Source: Candidatus Electronema aureum (GTDB taxonomy: Bacteria > Desulfobacterota > Desulfobulbia > Desulfobulbales > Desulfobulbaceae). Taken from it: a stretch of 32,000 nt of DNA. Under the pieces are notes generated by a model. The model was not told where the DNA came from. It saw only the letters and a list, made by a program, of their open reading frames with translations, and ran no database searches. Of the stretch, positions 14,928 through 28,715 are shown piece by piece. Made by a program: the position numbers and the translations under genes. The stretch is taken from positions 1 to 32,000 of the forward strand of contig NQJD01000030.1 of assembly GCA_004284765.1 (NCBI GenBank), written 5' to 3'. Position 1 is the stretch's first letter, and each line of letters opens with the position of its first letter.

Positions 14928-16523
14928 TGACTCAGTTTCTTTTATTTTGAGCAGCAGTCTTTTCTCAGCTACCCAGATCAGTCCCAGCACCGGCAGGCCC
15001 AGCAGGGCTGTGGCCAAGAAGAACCGCTCATAGCCCCAGGCTGTGGCCATTGTGCCGGAATAGCCGCCGAGGAGCTTGGGCAGCAGGGTCATCAGTGAGC
15101 TGAAGAGCGCGTACTGCATGGCGGTGAAGGAGATGTTGGTCAAACCGGCGAGAAAGGCGACAAAGGCGGCGGAGGCCAAGCCCGCGCTGAGGTTGTCCGC
15201 CGCGATGACCAACGAGAGCAGCGGCACGTTGGCCCCGGCCTGCGCCAGCAGGAGGAAGAGCAGGTTGGTCAGGCTGGAGAGCAGCGCACCGAGGAAGAGC
15301 ATCCGCATCACACCGTAGCGCACGGTCAGGGTGCCGCCGACAAAGCCGCCGAGCAGGGTCATGAAGAGGCCGAAGGTCTTGGTCACGCTGGCGATGACTT
15401 CCTTGGAGAAGCCGATATCTTGATAAAACAGATTGGAGACCACGCCCAGGAGGATGTCGGAGATGCGGTACAGGCCGATCAGGGCGAGGAGCAGGAGTGA
15501 GGTCTGGAGGCCGTAGCGACGGAAGAAGTCCAGCACCGGGCTGATGTAGGTCTCGCTGACCATGCCGCTGTCGGCGAGATTGGCGCGGATGAGCAGGACA
15601 GCGGCCGCCAAGGCGGCGCAGGCGGCAAAGAGCAAGCGGCCTGTCTCGGCCAGCAGGGAGGAGAAGGGAGCCAGCTCGCTGCCCAAGGCGGAGCTGAACA
15701 GGCCCTTGAACAGCCCGTCCAGTGCCAGCACCACGCCGCCGCTGAGGAAGAAGACGCAGGCAAAGACTGCGGCGGCGCAGAGGAAGAGCAGCAGGAAGCG
15801 CAGGTAATAGCTGGCCGGATAATAGACCTTCTTCCGGTTCGCCGCTGGTTCCGGGATGAGCAGTGTGGTGATGACTCCAGCCAGCATGACCGCTGCCATG
15901 ATCAGATAGCTGCCCTGCCAGGCGGCGTAGTTGTACGCCTCCATGCTCGTGCCAAACCAAGCGGCGAGATACAGCGCGCCTGCCCCGGCAGCCAGCATTC
16001 CCAAGCGGTAGCCCGCAATATAGGCCGAGGAGAGCAGGGCTTGCAGCTCCTGCTCCGCGCATTCAATCCGGTAGGCATCAATGACAATGTCCTGCGTAGC
16101 CGAGGACAAGCCGAGCAACACCGCCGCAACGGCCATCATGGTCAGCGTTTGCCCGCCCGCCGCTGGGTTGATCATGGCCATCAGGCAGATGGCGGCAATC
16201 ACTGCCAGCTGCGCCGTCAGCAGCCAAGCGCGCCGCCGCCCCAGCCTTTTGGTCAGCAGCGGCAAGGGCAGGGTGTCCACCAGCGGTGCCCAGACGAACT
16301 TGAAGGAATAGGCCAAGGCGGCCCAGCTGAAATAGGTGACTGTGGAGCGGTCAACGCCCGCCTCGCGCAGCCAGAGCGAGAGGCTGGAGAAGATCAGCAG
16401 GATGGGCAGCCCGGCGGAAAAGCCGAACAGGAGCATGGTCAGCACTCTGGGGTGCAGCCAGGCCCGCATGGTCTCGCGCCAGTTCTTCGCCGCCGCGTTC
16501 TCTACACTCATGTAGTTGTCCAT
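14919..16523 (-). CDS. ampG: AmpG-family muropeptide/MFS permease
   Basis: The N-terminus LLFGFSAGLPILLIFSSLSLWLREAGVDRSTVTYFSWAALAYSFKFVWAPLVD is the conserved AmpG signature. About 14 TM-like segments. The 3' end overlaps the convergent GGDEF gene by 9 nt. Confidence 0.85.
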   Translation of the reverse strand: MDNYMSVENAAAKNWRETMRAWLHPRVLTMLLFGFSAGLPILLIFSSLSLWLREAGVDRSTVTYFSWAALAYSFKFVWAPLVDTLPLPLLTKRLGRRRAWLLTAQLAVIAAICLMAMINPAAGGQTLTMMAVAAVLLGLSSATQDIVIDAYRIECAEQELQALLSSAYIAGYRLGMLAAGAGALYLAAWFGTSMEAYNYAAWQGSYLIMAAVMLAGVITTLLIPEPAANRKKVYYPASYYLRFLLLFLCAAAVFACVFFLSGGVVLALDGLFKGLFSSALGSELAPFSSLLAETGRLLFAACAALAAAVLLIRANLADSGMVSETYISPVLDFFRRYGLQTSLLLLALIGLYRISDILLGVVSNLFYQDIGFSKEVIASVTKTFGLFMTLLGGFVGGTLTVRYGVMRMLFLGALLSSLTNLLFLLLAQAGANVPLLSLVIAADNLSAGLASAAFVAFLAGLTNISFTAMQYALFSSLMTLLPKLLGGYSGTMATAWGYERFFLATALLGLPVLGLIWVAEKRLLLKIKETESLD

Positions 16524-16598
16524 TATTCACAACTGTGTTATTTTGAAGGAAAGCGGGAAGCACCCGGCACCTATTCTATCCTTGCACGAAATCATCCG

Positions 16599-18071
<1,473 letters not shown>

Positions 18072-18281
18072 TTTTCGTCCTACCGGAATCGGTAGCCCGA
18101 CTCGCTGGGTTACAATGATGCATCCACCTGCGTACGATTATTCACAGGATGGGAAGTGAAGTATTTCGTCACCATTTGGTAATCAACAATCCAACAACCA
18201 GCTCGTCCGACTTGATTTAACGAATTTTTCCTGTACACTGCCGGAATCCCCTAACTATCAGCCGCAGTGTAAAGAAAAACC

Positions 18282-20069
18282 ATGTCCAAAATACGCATCC
18301 TCTCCGATCAGCTTGCCAGCCGCATCGCCGCTGGTGAAGTCGTTGAACGCCCTGCCTCTGCCGTTAAGGAGCTGCTGGAAAACGCCCTTGATGCTGGAGC
18401 CAGCAGGATCGAGATTCAGGTGGAGGATGACGGCACCCGCCTGATCAGGGTAGCGGACAACGGCTGCGGCATGGATCAGGATGACGTGCTGCTCTGCCTC
18501 GAGCGCCATGCCACCTCTAAATTGACCGAGAAAAGCCAACTTGATGCCATCGCCACGCTCGGTTTTCGAGGCGAAGCTTTGCCCAGCATCGCCTCGGTCT
18601 CGCGGCTGACCATCCTCTCGCGTACCCACGAGGCGACATCAGGCACACGGGCCGAGGTGCGTTGCGGCATTCTCCACGATCTGCACGAAGACGGCTGCGC
18701 CTGCGGCACTATTGTTGAAATTCGCAATCTCTTCGCTAACATCCCAGCACGGCGCAAATTTCTCAAAAGCAAACGCACTGAACTGGCGCATATTGAGGAA
18801 GTTATTCGCAGTCAAGCTCTGGCCTACCCAGAAGTCAGTTTTTCTCTGCACATCGATGAGCGCAAGACCCTCGACCTGCCCGCCGCCAGCCCGGAGCAGC
18901 GGTTGCGTGACGTGTTTCGCTGGCCGGAGGAAAAGTTGCTTGTGATTGAGGCCAGCGGCGGTAGCTTGGCTGTGTACGGCTGGCTTTTGCCAAGCGGAAC
19001 AACGGTTGGCCTACTGCGGATTTGCGTCAACCGGCGGCCTGTGCAGGATCGGATGCTGCGCCATGCGGTAGCGGAAGGGATGCAGAGTTTGCTGATGAAG
19101 GGCCAGCAGCCTGCGGGTGGGCTGCTGCTGAAGCTGTCCCCAGAGCTGGCGGATATCAACGTGCATCCTGCTAAGCGGGAAATTCGTTTCCGTAATTCCG
19201 GCGAGGTGCATCAGGCAGTGGTAAAGGCTGTGGTCGAAGCGGTGCGGCAGCAGCAGGGGCAGCTGCGCTCGCAGCTTTTTGCGGTGCCGAAACAAATGGA
19301 GCCGGTTGCTCCGCCTGTCTTTCATGAGACTTCTTGCATGACCGCCCCTGCGCTCAGTGGCTGCTGCGATGTAGGGGCGAAAAATTTTTCACCCCTACAG
19401 GTGCGGCTTCCGCAAGGGGTCTGTGTTGCCGAGCCGCAGCCGCAGTTCCGGGAGCAATTTGCCAAGCTGCCGGAAATGCGGCCCCTGTTGCTTGAGCCGA
19501 AACGTGGTGGCCTGCGTTTGATCGGCCAATTGCTCAACCTTTACCTGCTTTGTGAACATGAAGGCCAGCTGGTGGTGATTGATCAGCACGCGGCCCATGA
19601 GCGGATTATCTATCAGCAGCTGCGGGAAAATTACGAGCAGCGGCAGCCAGTCAGCCAAACACTGCTCTTTCCGGTTACAGTGGAGCTTAAACCGGAACAT
19701 GCTGATATCTTGGAAAAGAAAGGAGAAATGATCTCCGCACTCGGCTTGGAGGCGGAGTTCTTCGGCGGCAGCACGTGGATCATCAAAACTCTGCCTGCTC
19801 TGGCTGCACATCTTCCACCGCAGGAGATATTACTTGAAATTATAGATGGTTTGTCCTCTTCCGTGCCTGAACATGTTAATAAAATGCTTGCTGCTTTGGC
19901 CTGCAAGGCAGCGGTTAAGGCGGGAAACCGTCTTCAGCCAGAGGAAATGCTGAAGCTTTTAGAGCAGATGGGTGAATGTACGACCTTCTCGCATTGCCCC
20001 CACGGTCGTCCGGTGCTAAAGTTTTTTTCCCAACAAGAAATGGAAAAATGGTTCAAACGAGGAGGATGA
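18282..20069 (+). CDS. mutL: DNA mismatch repair protein MutL (endonuclease-type)
   Basis: GHKL N-terminus (IAAGEVVERPASAVKELLENALDAGA, DNGCGM). C-terminal domain with DQHAAHERIIYQQL (DQHAxxExxxxE nicking motif) and CPHGRP. Confidence 0.95.
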   Translation: MSKIRILSDQLASRIAAGEVVERPASAVKELLENALDAGASRIEIQVEDDGTRLIRVADNGCGMDQDDVLLCLERHATSKLTEKSQLDAIATLGFRGEALPSIASVSRLTILSRTHEATSGTRAEVRCGILHDLHEDGCACGTIVEIRNLFANIPARRKFLKSKRTELAHIEEVIRSQALAYPEVSFSLHIDERKTLDLPAASPEQRLRDVFRWPEEKLLVIEASGGSLAVYGWLLPSGTTVGLLRICVNRRPVQDRMLRHAVAEGMQSLLMKGQQPAGGLLLKLSPELADINVHPAKREIRFRNSGEVHQAVVKAVVEAVRQQQGQLRSQLFAVPKQMEPVAPPVFHETSCMTAPALSGCCDVGAKNFSPLQVRLPQGVCVAEPQPQFREQFAKLPEMRPLLLEPKRGGLRLIGQLLNLYLLCEHEGQLVVIDQHAAHERIIYQQLRENYEQRQPVSQTLLFPVTVELKPEHADILEKKGEMISALGLEAEFFGGSTWIIKTLPALAAHLPPQEILLEIIDGLSSSVPEHVNKMLAALACKAAVKAGNRLQPEEMLKLLEQMGECTTFSHCPHGRPVLKFFSQQEMEKWFKRGG

Positions 20070-20135
20070 TATTTTCTGCTTAATTTTGAAGTTTAAGCCT
20101 TTCAATGGGCAGAAGTCAACCGGAACTCATAAAAA

Positions 20136-20189
20136 TTGACACGGGCATATTTTTTTCGTATCCTTTAATTAGGAATGATTATCAATACC
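20136..20189 (+). promoter_or_regulatory. Sigma70-type promoter followed by a Fur-box-like AT-rich element
   Basis: TTGACA (20136-41), a 17-nt spacer, then TATCCT (20159-64). AGGAATGATTATCAATACC (20171-89) matches 13 of 19 positions of GATAATGATAATCATTATC. Confidence 0.4.
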
Positions 20190-20244
20190 GAAAAGAAGGG
20201 ACATGTAGGGGGAACATGTTCAATCATCGAGGGAGGATACGATC

Positions 20245-20559
20245 ATGAGGAAATATATCATCGTACTACTTGCAATCACGGCACTAATTACAGGTCAAGC
20301 GTATGCCGACGAGGCCAAGAAGACTTGCGTTAGAGGATACGGAAAAACTGCTGCTGAAGCCTTTGCACTGGGAGTAAAGCTGGCGGAAAGCAAGGATGCG
20401 GAACTGGGCAAAAAACACTATCTTCGAGCAGACACCCGCATCCGCGTTCTACCGGAAAAGGTGAATGGTCTATATGTGGTTGAGGTCTATTCCTCGCGCA
20501 AGGGTGCTTGTGATTTGAAACTTGAAGGTGCTATTGCAGACACTGTTGTTGAACCGTAA
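20245..20559 (+). CDS. Small secreted protein of unknown function
   Basis: 104 aa. Signal peptide MRKYIIVLLAITALITGQAYA|DE, two Cys residues, GAGGGAGG SD. Confidence 0.6.
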   Translation: MRKYIIVLLAITALITGQAYADEAKKTCVRGYGKTAAEAFALGVKLAESKDAELGKKHYLRADTRIRVLPEKVNGLYVVEVYSSRKGACDLKLEGAIADTVVEP

Positions 20560-20584
20560 AGATGGCCTCTGCGTTGTGGCTCGG

Positions 20585-20618
20585 CCCGTCATGTGCAAAG
20601 CATGACGGGATTTTTATT
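20585..20618 (+). terminator. Rho-independent terminator
   Basis: CCCGTCATG (20585-93) / 7-nt loop / CATGACGGG (20601-09), followed by ATTTTTATT. Overlaps the folP stop codon on the other strand. Confidence 0.7.
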
Positions 20619-21423
20619 CCACCTGTGATGTCAGTACCTCAGTCAAGCGCACCGCCGCCACTGTTTTTCCAATTTCATGCACCCGCAGAATATCAGCCCC
20701 TTGCTGGGCGCATAAAGCCGAGACCACCGCTGTCGCAGAATCTCGTTCTTCCACTGGCAGGCCAAGCAGTTTGCCAAAAAAGGATTTGCGCGAATGGCCG
20801 ATCAGCACAGGAAAGCCGAGCTGTTTGAATGCGTGAATGTTGCGCAAGATGGCGAGGTTGTGTGCCAAGGTTTTGCCGAAACCAATACCAGGATCGATGA
20901 TGATCCGCTCTCGGCTGATGCCCTGCGCTTGCATCCACGCTGTCCGTTCTTGAAAAAAGGCACAGATTTCTGCAATCACGTCGCTATATTGCGGAGCAAG
21001 CTGCATGTCGCCGGGCTTGCCCTGCATGTGCATGATGATCACTGGGCAAGCAACGTCCTGCGCCACCTTAATCATACTTGCATCATGACGGAGTGCGGAA
21101 ATGTCGTTGATCATCGTCGCTCCGGCGGCAAGAGCAGCCCGCGCCACTGCGGCCTTGGTGGTGTCGATGGAAATCGACAGATCAGCAGACAACGAACGGA
21201 TAACCCGGATGGCCGGAATAACCCGCTGTAACTCCTCCTGCTCGGCAACCGGTTGCGCAAAAGGTCGGGTTGATTCGCCGCCCACGTCGATGATATCCAC
21301 GCCCTCATCCATCATCCTGCGCACTTGACTGAGCAAAGCCTGCTCATCAGCAAAGCTGCCGCCGTCGGAAAAAGAATCTGGGGTGACGTTCAGAATGCCC
21401 ATGATCTGCGGGTGGTTCATCAT
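20614..21423 (-). CDS. folP: Dihydropteroate synthase
   Basis: IMGILNVTPDSFSDGG, DIGGESTRP, INDISA motifs. The tandem ATGs at 21423/21420 follow a GGAGG; the track start at 21438 is a TTG lying inside the ftsH terminator. Confidence 0.93.
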   Translation of the reverse strand: MMNHPQIMGILNVTPDSFSDGGSFADEQALLSQVRRMMDEGVDIIDVGGESTRPFAQPVAEQEELQRVIPAIRVIRSLSADLSISIDTTKAAVARAALAAGATMINDISALRHDASMIKVAQDVACPVIIMHMQGKPGDMQLAPQYSDVIAEICAFFQERTAWMQAQGISRERIIIDPGIGFGKTLAHNLAILRNIHAFKQLGFPVLIGHSRKSFFGKLLGLPVEERDSATAVVSALCAQQGADILRVHEIGKTVAAVRLTEVLTSQVE

Positions 21424-21435
21424 TGCCTCCGTCTG

Positions 21436-21469
21436 CAAAAAAGAAAAGGCGCAGGTTTATCCTGCGCCT
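21436..21469 (-). terminator. Rho-independent terminator or attenuator between ftsH and folP
   Basis: On the minus strand, AGGCGCAGG / ATAAA / CCTGCGCCT is followed by TTTTCTTTTTTG. Confidence 0.7.
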
Positions 21470-21496
21470 CGTTGTTCTCAGGTAGAAAAAACGTTC

Positions 21497-23350
21497 TTAG
21501 ATTGCTGCCGCTTCCGATGGAGCAGCTACGGAAGTTTCTTCCTTCCTTAGCCCGCCGATGAGCCGATCAATATCTTCAAGCGTGATGGTTTCTTTTTCCA
21601 ACAGCTCGTCGGCCACGGCCTTCAGGATGTCCTTATTTTCCGTTAGCAGGGTCTCAGTTTCTTCCGCAGCCTTCTCGATGATATTCTTGACTACTTCATC
21701 AATGCGGCGGGCAGTGTCCTCGCTATAATCGCGCTGCTGGGCGATTTCACGACCAAGGAAAACCTGCTCCTCTTTCTTGCCGTAGGCCAGTGGCCCCAGC
21801 TCCTCGCTCATACCCCACTCGCAAACCATCCTGCGAACTAAGTCGCTCGCCCGTTCAATGTCGTTGCCAGAGCCGGTGGTGATCTCACCAAAAATGATTT
21901 TCTCCGCTGTCCAGCCGCCGTAGAGTATCTTGATGGTGTTCAGGAGAAACTTCTTAGAATGAGTGTACTTCTCATCGGTGGGGAGCTGCATAGTCAAACC
22001 AAGTGCACGACCACGTGGAATGATCGTTACCTTGTGAACGGGGTCAGTGCCCGGTAACAGACGGGCGACTATCGCATGACCAGCTTCGTGATAGGCGGTG
22101 ATCTCCTTTTCCTGCTCGGAGATAATCATTGACTTGCGCTCCGCACCCATCATCACCTTGTCCTTGGCCTTTTCTAACAGCTCATTGGTGATTTCTTCTG
22201 CACCCTGCCGGGCTGCCATCAAGGCGGCTTCGTTGACTAAGTTCTCTAAATCCGCGCCAGAAAAACCGGGAGTGCCACGCGCGATCACCGCCATATCTAC
22301 CTCGGCAGACATCTTGGTCTTTCTCCCGTAAATCTCCAGTATCATCTGCCGCCCCTTGATATCAGGAATCGGTACCACCACCAGACGGTCGAAGCGGCCC
22401 GGACGAAGCAGGGCAGGATCGAGTACGTCAGGCCGATTGGTAGCAGCGATGATGATCACGCCGTCATTGGCGTTAAAGCCGTCCATCTCCACTAAGAGTT
22501 GGTTGAGGGTCTGCTCGCGCTCGTCATGACCACCACCTAACCCAGCCCCACGATGCCGACCAACCGCGTCAATTTCATCGATGAAGATGATGCACGGAGC
22601 GTTTTTCATACCCTGCGTAAACAAATCACGCACGCGCGAGGCACCCACACCGACAAACATCTCAACAAAATCGGAACCAGAAATGGTGAAAAACGGCACC
22701 CCAGCTTCACCAGCAATCGCCTTGGCAAGCAAGGTCTTGCCCGTACCCGGAGGGCCAGCCAAAAGCACACCCTTGGGGATACGCCCGCCGAGCTTCGTAA
22801 ATCGCTCTGGATCCTTCAGGAAATCAATGATCTCCTCCAGCTCTGCCTTGGCCTCATCAATGCCCGCTACATCCTTGAAGGTGATTTTAACCTCACCTTC
22901 CTGCTGCATCTTAGCTCTGGTGCGGCCAAAACCAAGCGCACCGCCCTTACCACCGCCCATCTGCATCTGGCGCATGAAGAAAACCCACACGCCGATCAAC
23001 AGCAGCATCGGGAACCAAGAAATGAAAATCGACAGCCAGAGGGATTCCCGGTCAGTTTCCTTGACCGTGATCTCGACTCCCGCCTTGCGCAGCATGGGAA
23101 TCAGCTCGGCATCATGCGGCATCATGGTGACAAAGGGACGACCATCGGCAGTTGAGCCGACCAATTTGTCGCCCTTGACTGTGACTTTATCAATCGCCTT
23201 GCTCTCGACATTGACCAAAAATTGGCTATAGCTCAGGTCGATGCTACTGCTGATCTGCCGTTCGGTTCCAGTGCCAAGTAGCTTGACCAGCACAATTGCA
23301 GTTAGCCCGATCACCAGCCACATGCTCAGATTCTTATAAAAATTATTCAT
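21497..23350 (-). CDS. ftsH: ATP-dependent zinc metalloprotease FtsH
   Basis: N-terminal TM segments, Walker A GPPGTGKT, Walker [17 protein letters not shown] zinc site. Confidence 0.97.
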   Translation of the reverse strand: MNNFYKNLSMWLVIGLTAIVLVKLLGTGTERQISSSIDLSYSQFLVNVESKAIDKVTVKGDKLVGSTADGRPFVTMMPHDAELIPMLRKAGVEITVKETDRESLWLSIFISWFPMLLLIGVWVFFMRQMQMGGGKGGALGFGRTRAKMQQEGEVKITFKDVAGIDEAKAELEEIIDFLKDPERFTKLGGRIPKGVLLAGPPGTGKTLLAKAIAGEAGVPFFTISGSDFVEMFVGVGASRVRDLFTQGMKNAPCIIFIDEIDAVGRHRGAGLGGGHDEREQTLNQLLVEMDGFNANDGVIIIAATNRPDVLDPALLRPGRFDRLVVVPIPDIKGRQMILEIYGRKTKMSAEVDMAVIARGTPGFSGADLENLVNEAALMAARQGAEEITNELLEKAKDKVMMGAERKSMIISEQEKEITAYHEAGHAIVARLLPGTDPVHKVTIIPRGRALGLTMQLPTDEKYTHSKKFLLNTIKILYGGWTAEKIIFGEITTGSGNDIERASDLVRRMVCEWGMSEELGPLAYGKKEEQVFLGREIAQQRDYSEDTARRIDEVVKNIIEKAAEETETLLTENKDILKAVADELLEKETITLEDIDRLIGGLRKEETSVAAPSEAAAI

Positions 23351-23428
23351 GCCTCTACAGGGGAATTATGAGTTGAGGACATCTCTCCGGCACAGTGCCT
23401 TCGGGTCAAGGTATGACCTTACTGCGGT

Positions 23429-26656
<3,228 letters not shown>

Positions 26657-26676
26657 GGCGAACTGTGCGAAAATAT

Positions 26677-26868
26677 TTAAGCTGACAGGCAGCGGTCCTT
26701 TTGAAAGGGAGAATGTTCTTTTGCTGGCTGCGAACGGCGCATTCCGGGCGAAAAACGGCCTGTTCCCGGCTGCGAATGGCCCGTTTGAGGCTGGCAATGA
26801 CCCATTGCCAACTGACAACGTCGCAGTGCCAGTGTCAAATGCGGCATTTCCAGCCGGGAACGCCTCAT
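26677..26868 (-). CDS. Candidate 63-aa spacer ORF between carA and carB (may not be translated)
   Basis: A true ATG 9 nt after the carA stop, with GGAG 12 nt upstream. Stops 20 nt before the carB ATG. The sequence is only the repeat array read in a third frame (GHxQPxT heptads). Confidence 0.2.
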   Translation of the reverse strand: MRRSRLEMPHLTLALRRCQLAMGHCQPQTGHSQPGTGRFSPGMRRSQPAKEHSPFQKDRCLSA

Positions 26869-26874
26869 TGCTGC
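26707..26874. repeat. Eight perfectly phased 21-bp tandem repeat units in the carA-carB spacer
   Basis: An invariant AAYG core occurs at 26712, 26733, 26754, 26775, 26796, 26817, 26838 and 26859, exactly 21 nt apart with no indels. Approximate consensus: ctGnnAAYGnCnCatTnCcnG. Each unit has the dyad AAY-N5-RTT; for example AAATGC-g-GCATTT spans 26837-26849 (core AAYG at 26838) and CAATG-acc-CATTG spans 26795-26807 (core at 26796). Confidence 0.9.
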
Positions 26875-26876
26875 TG

Positions 26877-27986
26877 TTATCTCCGCCCTTCCATCAAGCC
26901 GATGAAGCGGTCGAAGAGGTAAACGGCATCGTGCGGGCCGGGCGCGTGTTCCGGGTGATACTGGACGGAAAAGGCGGGGTATTCTTTGTGCCGCATCCCC
27001 TCAAGGCTGCCGTCGTTGAGGTTGATGTGCGTGACTTCGACGCTGGCGGGCAGGCTTTGCGGGTCAACGCAGAAGCCGTGGTTCTGCGAGGTGATCTCCA
27101 CTTTGCCAGTCTGCAAATCCTTCACCGGCTGATTGCCGCCGCGATGTCCGAACTTCAGCTTGAAGGTTGTGCCGCCATACGCCAAGCCGAGCATCTGATG
27201 GCCGAGGCAGATGCCGAAGATCGGCTTCTTGCCGAGCAGGGCGCGGATGTTCTCGACCACGCCTTCCACGCCCGCTGGGTCGCCGGGGCCGTTGGAGAGA
27301 AACACGCCGTCCGGGTTCAGGGCCAAAACCTCTGCTGCCGGAGTTTTCGCAGGCACGACCAGAACGCTGCACCCCTTTTCGGCCAGAATGCGCAGCTGAT
27401 TGTATTTGATGCCGAAGTCATAAGCCACGACCTTGAACCTGCCGCCCGCCGGGAAGGTGTGACCTGCGGCCGGGCCACCGTTGCTCCAGGTGTAGGAACG
27501 GGCGGTGCTCACGTTTGCCACCATGTCTTGACCAACCAAGCCTGCCCAGTTCCGCGCTTTTTCCACTAATGAAGCCTCGCTGAGGTCTTCGGTGGAGATG
27601 ACCGCCTTCATCGCCCCGCGCTTGCGGATGATCCGGGTCAGCATCCGGGTGTCGAAACCCTCGATGCCGAGCACCCCGAACTTGCAGAGGAAGTCGGCCA
27701 AGGTGCCGCTGGCGCGGTAGTTGCTCGGCACGGCCTGATATTCGCGCATCAGGAAGGCGCGGGGATGCGCGGCGGCGGATTCCATGTCCTCCGGGTTGAT
27801 GCCGTAGTTGCCGATCAGCGGGTAGGTCATCGTCACCATCTGGCCGGTGTAGGAGGGGTCGGTCAGGATTTCCTGATAGCCGCTCATGCTGGTGTTGAAC
27901 ACGATTTCCCCGGCTGCCTCGCCCGCCCCGGTGAAGGAGCGGCCAGTCAGCACAGTGCCGTCTTCAAGCGCGATTAGTGCTTTCAT
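26877..27986 (-). CDS. carA: Carbamoyl-phosphate synthase small (glutaminase) subunit
   Basis: [19 protein letters not shown]-type N-terminus. Class I GATase motifs GICLGHQ and HPE. Confidence 0.95.
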   Translation of the reverse strand: MKALIALEDGTVLTGRSFTGAGEAAGEIVFNTSMSGYQEILTDPSYTGQMVTMTYPLIGNYGINPEDMESAAAHPRAFLMREYQAVPSNYRASGTLADFLCKFGVLGIEGFDTRMLTRIIRKRGAMKAVISTEDLSEASLVEKARNWAGLVGQDMVANVSTARSYTWSNGGPAAGHTFPAGGRFKVVAYDFGIKYNQLRILAEKGCSVLVVPAKTPAAEVLALNPDGVFLSNGPGDPAGVEGVVENIRALLGKKPIFGICLGHQMLGLAYGGTTFKLKFGHRGGNQPVKDLQTGKVEITSQNHGFCVDPQSLPASVEVTHINLNDGSLEGMRHKEYPAFSVQYHPEHAPGPHDAVYLFDRFIGLMEGRR

Positions 27987-28009
27987 ATAAATTGTTTTTC
28001 AGATTGAGA

Positions 28010-28243
28010 TCACCCGCTGTTGCGCTGCAAAGCAAAATGGCGCGGCGCAGTGTCAGTCGGATGCGATGATTTGTCAGCGGAGGGGGGATGAATTGGAGGC
28101 GCAACAACGTGACAGCCGGATTGAATATGTTCTGCTTCTGACTTCTTCAAGTCTTCATAAATTGCCCGCAAGTCATAATTGAATTTAGCCGCGTGCGCTT
28201 CCCGGTTTTTTCTGACTTCTTGAAGAATTTCATCAGTCGGCAT
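28010..28243 (-). CDS. Small protein, putative partner (antitoxin-like) of the upstream PIN-like gene
   Basis: 77 aa. AGGAGAAG SD. Overlaps the PIN-like gene by 11 nt. The N-terminal EILQEVRKNREAHAAKFNYDLRAIYEDLKK resembles small proteins I have seen next to this PIN family; this is my recollection, not a search result. Confidence 0.5.
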   Translation of the reverse strand: MPTDEILQEVRKNREAHAAKFNYDLRAIYEDLKKSEAEHIQSGCHVVAPPIHPPSADKSSHPTDTAPRHFALQRNSG

Positions 28244-28715
28244 GGTCTTCTCCTAACAGTTCTTCAGGGGTGCAGATGAAAGGAAGAAACAGGTCTATTT
28301 CGTTCAAGTATGAGGAGATATTTCTCTGGATTTCAGGATTCGCGATGTGTTTGCAATTCCATGTCAGCAGATAGTCAACCTTATGCACTGTTGCAATGGC
28401 AATATGCAGGCCATCCTCCGCCGCTTTTGCTGGAATTATTCCTCGTCCCAGCAACGCAGCGGTTATCTGAAAGGCTTCTTCGGTGATCAATAACAATGAA
28501 AAAGACTTGGCAATCTCCAAACGTTTCAGTGCTGCTTTAGGATCCCCAGCAGCGCATTCTCGTAATACAGCCTCTGAAACCAGCAAGTCATATGCAAATC
28601 GTTTTTCCCACCATGCCGCAGTGATCTGCTGATGCGCGGCACCGATAATAGTTTTGCTTGGTCTTGCTGTCAGATAGCTGATGACAGAGGTTTCAAGATA
28701 AACTCTGCGCTTCAT
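28233..28715 (-). CDS. PIN-like (VapC-family-like) nuclease domain protein
   Basis: 160 aa. VYLETSVISYL at the N-terminus, where this family usually has D-T-S. Later AEDGLHIAIATVHKVDYLLTWNCKHI (D..H.A.A....D.L.TWN..H). Its ATG overlaps the waaA TGA (ATGA). Confidence 0.6.
   Translation of the reverse strand: MKRRVYLETSVISYLTARPSKTIIGAAHQQITAAWWEKRFAYDLLVSEAVLRECAAGDPKAALKRLEIAKSFSLLLITEEAFQITAALLGRGIIPAKAAEDGLHIAIATVHKVDYLLTWNCKHIANPEIQRNISSYLNEIDLFLPFICTPEELLGEDHAD

Noticed and set aside
15028-16062. 344-aa ORF and other long ORFs overlapping ampG (15479..15763, 15562..15807, 15902..16129)
   Set aside because: These are Arg/Pro/Ala-rich translations in alternative frames of a GC-rich gene, the typical shadow ORFs. 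The ampG frame gives a coherent polytopic membrane protein with the family signature.
26707-26874. Interpreting the 21-bp array as tandem ARG boxes (ArgR operators)
   Set aside because: The 21-bp period equals the centre-to-centre spacing of paired ARG boxes, and carAB is ArgR-controlled in enterobacteria. However, the units have a GC-rich centre and GAA/AAY..RTT/TTC arms with different spacing, and they do not match TGAAT-w4-ATTCA. I keep this only as something to test by EMSA, not as a call.
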